64,000 bases of DNA, taken from positions 21,311,432 through 21,375,431 of the forward strand of contig NC_092679.1 in the NCBI RefSeq assembly GCF_964355755.1, given 5' to 3'. The position numbers and the translations under genes are program-made. Of the stretch, positions 26,807 to 38,800 are shown piece by piece. The first letter of the stretch is position 1, and each line of letters starts with the position of its first letter. Origin of the DNA: Antedon mediterranea (Eukaryota > Animalia > Echinodermata). The notes below the pieces were generated by a model, which saw only the letters and a list, made by a program, of their open reading frames with translations, did no database searches and had not been told where the DNA came from.

Positions 26807-29800
26807 TCATTTCTTTAGGGTGAAGAAGCCTTTGCCAGATTTTGGTTTCTTGCCAGCGCCGGTGTCTGCGGGCATTGTAGCCGATTTCTGCTGGTCTGTG
26901 GGATGTTTGCTTGCCTCGTTCAGGCAGTCTATCCAATATTTCACTTCATTACTGTCTTTACACTGGAACAAGTAGGCGTTTCCATCATTTAACCTGAAAA
27001 ATATATTGAAACAATGATTTCATTCATCTATCAACAATATAAAGTAGTATTAGTAATAGTAGAATTAAATTTATAGAAATGATTAGATGTATGCAGTAGT
27101 TATGTTAGATAATAGTATAAGCAGTAATACAAGATGTAGCATAAATCGTAGACATAGCAGTAATACTGTAGATGCTGTAGCAGTAATAGCAGACATACAG
27201 TAGCACTTTAAATATGATTTTAATTATCATATTACGTCTGCTTACAAGAGATGTATTAGAGATAGCAATTAAAAGCATTAGTAATATAATATTCCAGTGA
27301 TACTAGTAGCAGAGTATAAAAAAAGATAAAGTAACAATATTAGTCCAACCAGTGATGGTTAAAATCTGTAGCAACAATTATAACTGCTGGCAAAGATTAC
27401 TTGTTAACATGAAATTCACTGCAAAAATAAATTAACTTACTAATAACACCAAAATATCATACCCATAGAGTCATATAGAATATTATGTATTAATTTTGTT
27501 AGTTCAAAATTATGGTAGCAGAAATAGATGTGTTTAGTTAGTAGAAATAGTTATAAATGTAGCAATAGGCTTAGTACTGCTAGTGGCAACACTTGTTAGG
27601 TAACGAGGTTGTAGAAATAGCTATAAATGGTAGCAATATACTTAGTACTCCTAGTGGCAACACTTGTTAGGTAACGAGGTTGTAGAAATAGCTATAAATG
27701 GTAGCAATATACTTAGTACTCCTAGTGGCAACACTTGTTAGGTAACGAGGTTGTAGAAATAGCTATAAATGTAGCAATATACTTAGTACTCCTAGTGGCA
27801 ACACTTGTTAGGTAACGAGGTTGTAGAAATAGCTATAAATGGTAGCAATATACTTAGTACTGCTAGTGGCAACACTTGTTAGGTAACGAGGTTGTAGAAA
27901 TAGCTATAAATGTAGCAATATACTTAGTACTGCTAGTGGCAACACTTGTTAGGTAACGAGGTTGTAGAAATAGCTATAAATGGTAGCAATATACTTAGTA
28001 CTGCTAGTGGCAACACTTGTTAGGTAACGAGGTTGTAGAAATAGCTATAAATGGTAGCAATATACTTAGTACTGCTAGTGGCAACACTTGTTAGGTAACA
28101 AGGTTGCTGAGGGGGCATGTGCCAAAATTGTAGGGCATCGGAAAATAATCCCCATCATTCGACATCACCCAATTTTACTATGGTAGCAAAAGTGTAGGTA
28201 GCTGGTTGATTAGCAGCAGTTTTTTTTAATGTATTTATTCCATACACATTAACAGCAAGTAATTGTCAATGAATAAACTATATCGTGCTTATAAACGTAG
28301 TATAAATTGAGGCTTAGGGAGTGGAGTAGAAACAGTCGCAAGTTACAACCATGGGAACAGGCCAGGATTGAACTGTGGAATTTTAATGAATGTGGATTGT
28401 GGAAGTTGCAGTCAGAGCAGTTGGAGTCGCAACAGTTGCAGTCACAGAAGCTATCAGCAGTTACAGAAATAACAGTTACACTTACAGCAGTTTAATAAGC
28501 AGAAATATGAGGTTGGGCACAAGTAACATTAGTTGGAATAAGAATATTGTTAAAAGGTGTAGATTTGAATACAGAAGATGTTATTAAGAATTAGAAATAC
28601 CTATTAATAATACATAATATCAATAATTCAAAATATTAAATCACACATTTTAAACAAACCAGTTATTTTCAACACGATTCAATATCACACACCACACACA
28701 CACACAACTATACCCAATATTGAAACCAGTGGATAAAGATATACAGTCAAATCTCCCGGACACCCTTGGACTGGTTTCTGGATAGTTTGGAATTCTGAAT
28801 GTGTTTGTAAAACAGAATTTTGGATGTTTTAGACCTCAAGAAATGTCCGTTTCCGATTTTCAGAAAGTGCGGTATTAGGAGAGTTGACTGTACAGTACTA
28901 CAAATTATCTAGGTATTAAGACTTGGAAACAAAATCACAAAACAAAAATAAAATTTAAACAAAAACAAACCCGTAAGTCCTTTACACAAAACAGGTAAGA
29001 AAAGAGAAAAAATAAAAATAAATTGTATTTTATATGAAAAAAAAAATGAAAACTAAAGAACATCTAATCTAATCTTACTGTAGTAATGCTATATGGGTTA
29101 CCATAGGTTAAACAGTAAGCCCACAGTTTGAATTTATACTGTAGTAATTTATACTATTATTATAGTGCTACCCTGTATAAAGCGTACGCTAAAAAAATGT
29201 CTGCATACCTGATTCTGAAAACGTGCTTCTTTTTAGTGTAATCGTCAGCAACTGCTATTGTCGCACTAATGAGAGATATTGGAGGTTCTCCATGATAGGT
29301 ACCATGAGATATGGACTTCTGATCTTTGTAGAAGAAAAGGTCTGAGCCTTGTTGTACACAGAAAACTTGATGCCATGACCTGAAAAGTTATATGAAATAT
29401 ACATATGAACTCAATTTATATAGATATTGGCCTGGCCAAGGAGTGTCTAGACTTGGCCTGGCCAAGGAGTGTCTAGACTTGGCCTGGCTGAGGAGTGTCT
29501 AGACTTGGCCTGGCTGAGGAGTGTCTAGACTTGGCCTGGCCAAGGAGTGTCTAGACTTGGCCTGGCCGAGGAGTGTCTAGACTTGGCCTGGCCGAGGAGT
29601 GTCTAGACTTGGCCTGGCCGAGGAGTGTTTAGACTTGGCCTGGCTGAGGAGTGTCTAGACTTGGCCTGGGTAAAGAGTATCTAGACTTGGCCTGGCTGAG
29701 GAGTGTCTAGACTTGGCCTGGCCAAGGAGTGTTTAGACTTGGCCTGGCTGAGGAGTGTCTAGACTTGGCCTGGCTGAGGAGTGTCTAGACTTGGTCTCGC

Positions 29801-32800
29801 TTAGATAATTTGGCACCATGTGTCTTGAATGTATTACCTGCTATGTGCTTTCTTATTATTTGATTCCATTTCATGTTTTCTAATTAGATTTCCCTCAGCT
29901 TGGAATGACGGAGCATCTCCCCGACTGCTGCCCTCTGCTACATCCTCTTTTCTCTCGCTGATAGTGCTTGGTGTGCTCTGAGCATGTTCTTCATCTCCGT
30001 TCAACAATTCGTTTGAACCATTTCGATCGCTCTCGGCAGATTCGCCGTTAAACACGTTGATGGCAGCCTCCATCTCGTGCTTGACGTTGTCCAGACGCTC
30101 TGAAACCACTTGCTGATCATCGTCATCCACCATATGTCGGCTGTAACTAATAGAAGTTCAATAAACAAAATGTTAGTAAGACTGAATTGAACCAAGATCT
30201 TTGAATCAAATCATTAGGCAAGGTTGATAACCACAAAACTCTGCCACTAACCACTTTCCTATCATAACAAAATTATAATATTAATCAGGTTTGGCTTTTT
30301 TAATAAATGAATGTGTATGTTGCATATATGATGTAAACAACTATGAAATTCAATTACCATATATGGTAAAAAGGAAAAAAAAAATCATTAAACATTCATT
30401 AGTTCTTACTTAATCTGAATATCATCTTGCTTTGGCTCTTCATATTCAACCTTTTCATCATCCTTCTCGCGTTCACTCTCGGTCTGAAGAAACTCTTCAA
30501 CCAGCAAATGCTGCAGAGAGGGCGCTTCTTTTATAGGTGGAATGTCTTCATCGGAAGAATTAAGAGCTCTTCTCTCCTCTGCCTTTTTCCTTCGTAGCTC
30601 TTTCAATTCAAACTGAAGATGGAATATACATTCAATTAAATTTGAACATCTTAAATAATTTTATTCTTTTTTAATATAACAGAAAATAGAATGATAACGT
30701 CACCACAATTTTTTGTTTAAATCTGAAATATGGACTAAGTTCAGAAGTACTTTCTAGAGTAATTATAACAAGTCCAAAGAATATTAAAGCAATGAATATA
30801 TGTTTTTAAACTACTTAACGGTCACCCTTAGTATACACAAGGGATGCATAATAACACCATCTTGTATTTATACTTTAAATGAAATAAGGTCAAGTTTGGG
30901 TAGATCAGGAATGAAACAGACCACAAATTTGATGGATTTCCCTTGTTACATGTGCTATTATTTGGACATGTCATATTACTACCATATTTGGGCATATCAC
31001 TACCATATTTGGACACATCACACTTTTTTTGTCAAAGTAGTTTGATAGTGTAGAGAGAGCTTTAATATTATCATTATAATCACTTTAAAAAAATTTATCG
31101 TGGTAATGAATCAACCAAGTAGTAAGTGACTTACAGTAGTTAATTTTTCTAGTGCTATAAAGCGGTCATGCTGGGTGGCAGCTGCTTTCTCAAATGCTTC
31201 GTGTTTCTTGATTAATTTCTCGACTTCATCAAGGGAGTTCTAACGATAAAAGAAAATATAATATTTAATAAGAAATTCAAGTACATAGCATTTCTAATAT
31301 GATTTTTAAAATGTTTCAATTTTATTATAGAAGGACTAGAAGGGCGCAACCCTCCGTCTAGACATGAAAATTTAATGACGTGTTCCCATACAGCTATGGA
31401 AATATCCTTTACATATAACTTTTTGAGTAATCCTGCTAACTAACATATATAGAAAGAAACACACACACGTGATCGACTACATAAACTCTCGTCTTATTTG
31501 TTTATGTATTGTCCGTTTTATATGTATAATAAATTAAGCTTTGCTCTTTTGGTTTTTTCCCTCCATTTTTGCTTTATCTTAACCACCATCATCAAAGTAT
31601 CTTATAAATATATGCAATTTGAAAAATGAATTCAAACTTGAAACTAAGCCACGGAGGTAATTAAAAAAAAACTCACCCCGTAGTCTTCACTCTTCAGGTA
31701 TGGTTCCTGCATGATGAGCCAGGCCTCAGCGATGTGGGCATCTCTTGCAAACTGATACACCTCTTGGATGAGAAGGAGGTACTCCCATCGATGCTCCCAG
31801 TCAGCTATCATTGCACACCTCTGGTTGCCTACTGTCACAAGCTTTTCACGGATCTGAAATTAAGAAAACCCAACGTTATTTTTTATTGATGGTGGATGTT
31901 ACTTTTCTTTTTCAAACAATTCTAAAATCATTGTTTTCATATGAATGACTAATGTGAATAAAGTGATTGAACAAATTTGCTTGTTTGATCAATATATATA
32001 TAATGTCTTTTGATAAAGTGATTGTACCTTGCAAGTTATATTCAGTATGCATTGTTGGTAAAGATAATCTAACCAAATCACATTCTTACACAGATCTAAA
32101 AGAAATACAGAAGAACTCCTCCTTTGGGGGACACCTCTATTAAGGGGACACTTTCCCGTCACAACGAATGAGATAATATATGTAGGTTATTCTATATTTA
32201 TACGTACCTCTTTTGACGCATAATGTTCCTTTGCTAACATGTCCTTCCCGAGCGTGAAGCAATCCGTAAAGCTATCGTTACGCGTGTCAATCTCGGACCG
32301 GATGTTCTGATGGTGATTTATCAAAAGTTCTACTCCAGTGATGTCCCTAAATAAACAAAAAAATCAAAACCAGTAAAATTAACTAGTAATTTAACTCCAA
32401 AAATTATCCAGGGATGATATGGTCTTTAGCCTGCTACCTAAGGCTAAGAATCAAAGGCAGTGAAGCTGTTTGTTGTAGGCTTTAATCTACACTATCAAAC
32501 TAGTTTGTCAACAAAAATGTTATATGCCCAATTATGGTAGTGATATGCCCAAATATGGTGATGATAGGAGGTGGCTTAGCAATTAATACCTATTCAGGAA
32601 TTTCTCGTTTTATAACATTTTGATTCAAATTAATAATATCATATCTAGTATTTTGAGCTTTAATTATTTTCAGAGTTATTTTCTTTAATGAAAGTGAACA
32701 AACCTTGGTTTTTCTTGTGTGTTTATCTGGATTGAGATGTCATCCATCCACAGCTGGAGAGCTCGCACCATATTCAAGAATCTGTACAAGTCTAGCGTGT

Positions 32801-35800
32801 CATGTAGTCGCTCTGTTCTGAAGGACACTGCTGCTTTCAACGCATTCCATGCTTCAACAACCTCACGTTCTCTTTCATCAATGTCTCGTGCTTTGTCTCC
32901 TGCATACGCCGCACGAAGGTTGCCAGCATCCTCTTGGACTGACTTCACCTGTATGTAAAATAGATAATTAATATTCATATCTAGAAAAATAGACAACTTT
33001 GGACTGGTTGACTACCTCTGGAATTGGGTAGATTAAACAAGAAATATTTCTTACAAAAAACGCTGATCGCTTATTGACGTAACAGTTTTAAAGATATATT
33101 GTCCCTCTGAAAAATATTTTTTTATTTCAAATTTGTTTTTGAATTTGTCATTTTATTGTCACATAATAGTTATTTTACCTGAAAAAATGTAATTAAAAGC
33201 AAAAAATACTTCAATTGTCTGTCAGACAATGGTTTTTGAGTTATAATTAAACGTTTCTTTTCTCTTTTTATAATGTGAATTTTGTTACAGAAGTGAATAA
33301 CTTTGATATGAAACAGACTCAATTTAGTTTATTTTATTGCTAAGGTCAATTCTGGAGGTCACTTCATCACACCTTAGGGCCTGTTCGTAGGGGTTGAAAA
33401 TACCAGCTTATTCCCGATTTCCGTTCGCGTGATCCAATTAACTTTTGCCTCAGGCTACAAAAAATTCGAGGTAAAATGTTCACCAAATTTGCAGGTTATT
33501 TCAGCGATAATCCAATTATACTCGGCCTTCGAGGATAATAAATCTCCGATAGAGGCAATGTGTCAAATTTTGACAAACGTTCGCTGCCTAGGCCCGTCAT
33601 TTCTCCTACGAAGCTCTTCCATACACGCTTCGAGAGCGATCGTCAGCTGGTGCTGTCCTTGTTGGTGTAGACCGCTTAGTAGGCCTAGCTGGTCGGGGAG
33701 CCGCTGGTCGGGGAGCCGCTGGTCGGTGGTGTTTCCGTCGTTAAACATTGGGCTCAAATTCTTCGTCAATGAGTAAAATAATGGTCGTCAGGAGAAGGCA
33801 TATTTCGGCAGGATTATCGGCGTTAAGAGGCATAAGGTTTGTCGCAAGGATAAGCAGTGTAAAAGGTAACAAGTAATTGTTATTGTAAAGAAAGATCGCG
33901 AGTAAAAAATATACAACACGAAACTAGCGTGCGAAAATGGGGTCGTAGGTTGTAAATACAACTGACCTTAAAACGTAATTTCCGGTTTGTGATTCGTCGA
34001 TTAAGCATTAATAAGCGGTTAAATATTTCAAGTACGAACAACGCTCAATTTATAACCCGAGGCATGGGTGAAATTAAGCGCTTATTTTAACCACCGTACG
34101 AACACGACCTTAGATACTTCAAGTGTGAAGTATCATATTACAAACAAAAACTTTCCTGGACTGTTTTGATAATAATTCAATGATTATCTGACAGCCAAAT
34201 ACAGTATTGTCATGAAATACCAGAAATACAGTTGGTACCTATAAATTATAGTCGAGTTTCCATTTTAACAAAAATGTCAAAGTGTAGTACTATAACTGCT
34301 GCTTGATTTCATCTAATAAATGAGTCATCTCGTGTGACGTAGCGGGCTAGAGCAGCAGCGTGAAAACAGAAGATTACATGCCAAATGTGACAGGCTACTC
34401 TGATCACTGTTCCTACCATAAGGTAAGATGTTACAAATGTATATGCAGTATATGTTCAACAATTATGAGTTCACACAGTAATGTTCTCTTCACTCTCCTA
34501 TATAGAATAGGTATAGTGGCCCAGCTATTTTACCTGGAAAGCTAAAGCTTTTAGGTCCGTCTCGAATGCTTCATGTTTTCTTTGTAGCGCCGTCACCGTA
34601 TTACCGTCTTTGCCAAGATCTTCTGACATTGAATTTTGTTTTTCCTAATAATAAAAAACAAAGCAACATCAAAATAAAAATTCTCCATCTTACTGCACTT
34701 TTTTTTTTTTTTTTTTCCATTGTCACAATTTAATTTAATATCAACAAACACATACCTGTATTCTTCCAAGTGTTTCTTTAGCATCGTGATGGAATTTGTG
34801 TAATTCATAAGATGCGGCTAACATCTAAACAAAAATTAAATTGTAAATTTAAGAAAAGTCAGTGAATAAATTCAATAGTAAAGACTAAAAATATTAAGCT
34901 TCTGCTTTTGTGTAGATATAAAGTTTGTGATATACCACATTCGTTCTGAAAAGAACAGTTGAGTTGCGAGAGAGAATCTCAACTGTTCTTTTCAGAACTA
35001 TAAATACATGGCATACTGCACACTTTATACGGCTTTACCACGTTGAAACACCGGTTCTCGTCAGATCACCGAAGTTAAGCGACGTTGGGCCTGGGTAGAG
35101 CTTGGATGGGAGACCATCTGGGAATAACGGGTGCTGTATACGGAGCTGGGGTCCCGTTAGGCATTTGAAATCAGCACTGCTGACTCTTATGGCAGCCCAT
35201 GCATCTAGTATCTGCCTCAGACCTCTGGTCAAGGTGGGCACTGGACGAGAGAAGCCCTTGATCAATGTTAGGACCAATCAAGGTGCTTTAAACAGTCCTG
35301 GCTTTGTTTGTATCAAACCTGTTAGTGGCGGTAATTGTCGCTGTTGGTTTCGATTGAATAAAATAAAAAATAAATAAAAAATAAAAAAATAAAATTTATA
35401 TCTACATATTTAGTTTATTTTAGTTTGTAAACCTTCAAACAATAAATTAAATAAATAATCAAGATAAGGCTTAAAAATCTAACGTTACACACAAGATATT
35501 TTCTATCATACCTGTGTTCTTGTGTCGATCAGTTCCCTTAGATCAGCCCAGGCTTCGTTCAGACCCTCCTTCCACTCAGCGATAGTAGGGGCGTCCGAGT
35601 GCTCAGCCTCGATCAGATCGTCTGCCATCTTGTTGACCTTATTCACTCTTTCGGTTCCGACTGAGATGGTCTCGCTGGCAAAAGCGCGGAAACGATCTTG
35701 TAACATCTGCAGGTGAAAGTAACACACAAGTATATTATGTTTTTGGTTGTATTTGGTAAATTTTCATGCCTAGATTCATATAGCTGGTATCCTATTATTA

Positions 35801-38800
35801 CCCTCAATTATTCTTAATAATTATGTACAATTTATAGAGTGAAAAAAAATTACAAAACTTACTGTAACATGTTCAAAGTCTTGTCCTAATTCATGTGACC
35901 CTGCAACGACCTCACGTTCAGCAATCCATTGTTCTAGATCGTCGACCTCTCTGTTGAGCTGGAAGAGTCGTACAGCTTCTTCCAATCTGTGGCGTCGTTC
36001 TTGTGACAAGTCTTTCAGACCGGCATATAATTTGTCAATTTGAGATTGTCTGATTGCAATCTGGTCACTAAGTGGTAAACAAAAAATAAATAAAAATATA
36101 ACTTTAATGTTTACTTTATACAGGGACACCTTTGGGACCCAACAAAGTTTACTTTACTAGAGGTGTCCCAAATTAAATATAATACAATTAAACAAGTAAT
36201 AAATTATTATTATTATTATTATTATTATTTATTCAGGCAAAATACACATTTTACAAAATATAATACAAATCAACAAATTAAACAAACACAACGCAAAAGA
36301 AAATATAAAATCATAGTCACTAGCTGCCAGGAAAGCACAAAAGCAGCCTAAGCCACTGTCTCCCATTAGGTGTGTACCTCCAACCAGTGACAAATAGTGT
36401 GCTTAGTGTATTTAAGATTATTATTTTGTTTTTTTACTTGATCTTGAAAATTGTTCTTTGATGGTACCGTAACGTCAATCTCAGTTTAGTATATCTTTTA
36501 ATTAATTATATATAAATGTGCATGAAAAAGCAATGGAAGTATTATAAGGAATATTTCTAGCACACAATTAGAGAGGTTGTCAAAAAATATCACATTATAG
36601 TAATGTTTAGCTGTATGATATACGACTACAGATATGGATTTGAGAATCATTAGAAATAAACGAAACACAAGAATAGGAGGCATGCAGCTTTTAGAGCATA
36701 ATAAAAACAGGTGGCGAAATTAATGGCGTATGACACGGCAATTGTCACAGCTTAAAATGAAAATACAAAGGATGATATTTTAATAATTTATGAAAAATAG
36801 TCAGTTTCTATTACTGTGTTGTGGTTATGTGTAGGATAGATATCGCATTGTGAGGTATGTTCTATGTTATTCGACAGGTGATCTGGCTGGTACTGGGATT
36901 GACCCTTTCAGATAGAGGTCATGGTTATGTTTCTAGTTCAGTGAGAAAAGGATAAAAAAAATATAGTACTGTATGTATGTCTATTTTATTATGACTTATC
37001 ATGAATTCATCATTTTTTTAAGTTGAAAGAAGAGTAAAGAGATGGTCAAAGGTGACGTGGAAAGATATGGTAAAGAAAGAAAGCAAATTGGCTTGGAGGA
37101 ACAAGAGGAGCAAGAGATGAAGAAGTGGAGAGATCATGTAGAAACATGGAACTTAGTGGCATCCTTGAGGATCCTTCACATTAATAGAAGATGTTGATGA
37201 TGATAATGATGATCTAAAGAGGCCTCTTAACCATTTGTACTATTTAAATCTTAAGACTTCAGTTCCTTTTCATATAACAGAGAAACCAATAATGTTGCTA
37301 ACCTCTGTGAGTGGTTCTCATCCATAAGTTTCCTAGATTCCTTTGACAGGTCGTTGATTGTGTCTGCGTAATCTTCCACGGCGCTTTCTAGGATGTTGTG
37401 CTTCTTCATCATGGCCATAGCACTTGAGTCATCTTTACCACGTTCCTCAGCCATCATGTAAAGTTCTTGTTCGCTCATCCATGCTTCAGCCTCATTGGCA
37501 TCAAAGTAATACTAGAATAAGAAAATAAGTGGCACTGTTTGCTTACACATCTCAGAGTTGTAGGTTTATGCAATAGATATGTTATAATAATCAAAAAGGT
37601 TGTTATGGCCACAAGTGTACCACTCAATGTCAGGTGAATAAATAATATTATTAACACATCTATTGTTCTAAGTAAACTTTTTTTAATTAATTCGTCACTT
37701 CCATCTTCCAGTCAGGCCATGAAACAGGCATCATTCTACAAATCAAATTTTATGTGACAAAAAAAGTCCATATATAGACACATCATATTTTTTGTTGGAG
37801 AAAGCCCGCTTTACAGGTTGGTTTTCAAACAATGAAGATGGGTTATAATTATTAATCAATGCAATAAAACAATAAATAACTAACTTACCCTTTGTGCTTT
37901 TTCAGACTCAATCAATCGGTCTTTACGAGCATCAACCGCGTCCTTCAGCTTCTCCCATTGGTCGTTCACTTCACCAATTGACTTATCTATCTGATCCGAA
38001 AATGGATGATTCTCGTCGATAGCTGCCCTTCCACGGTCGCAGACCTCCACAATACGTGGCTCGTGGCCATCCACCTCAGCCTTTAACGAGTTGTTCTTCT
38101 TCTGTAGCGTTTGTACGGCTTGAAGATTGTTACCGATGTCTTGAGACGTCGCTGGAGGCATACGTTCTTGAATCCAAGCCTGCCGAGCAAAACAATAGTA
38201 ATACATTTTTACGGGTTGTGAATGCTGAAATTCATTTCAGTAAAAGGAAAAAGTATCAAATGGAAAAACATCATATAAAACCTCGTTACGAATGATTTGA
38301 TGTTCTGAAGAACAGACAGGTATCTTCAACTTCAAATATAGCAATTATAAAGATGTAATAAATGCATGGTACATCAGCATTATCGTTCTATTAAAAAACA
38401 TTACAGGCAAATGCGGCTGGTATATTAGATATAAAACATAAATTTCACCCACAATAAGACAACAATATTATACAGATTACATTGCAACTGGCTTAATGGA
38501 TATTAAGCCTTAAGGCAATGTTGCAAATTGTACAACCATAATCAAAACAAATTGATGAGTAATAATCAACGCCTTATAAATAACAGCAAAAGTATCTTTT
38601 ATATTACTCTGAAAGGCAAAGTGAAACGGGACTCAAAATAGTTCATATAGCAATGTTGCAAATTGTACAACCATAATCAAAACAAATTGATGAAGAGTAA
38701 TAATCAACGCCTTATAAATAACAGCAAAAGTATCTTTTATATTATTCTGAAAGACAAAGTGAAACGGGCCTCAAACTAGTTCATATAGCAATGTTGCAAA

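Noticed and set aside
20905-29794. Repeat arrays as CRISPR
   Set aside because: Eukaryotic locus; the units are tandem with repeated rather than unique spacers, and there are no cas genes.
35025-35142. Functional 5S rRNA gene
   Set aside because: Altered termini and substitutions relative to typical metazoan 5S, no oligo-T terminator, solitary intronic copy with a tail; better explained as a SINE head.
36607-36690. Acceptor in a spectrin intron giving SRISYS-stop (alternative terminal exon)
   Set aside because: Modest pyrimidine tract and no further support; such signals arise by chance in AT-rich introns.
38290-38304. 15-nt in-frame microexon candidate (NIKSF) in a spectrin intron
   Set aside because: The acceptor is plausible but the donor TTC|gtaacg is weak, and no supporting regulatory motifs were seen.
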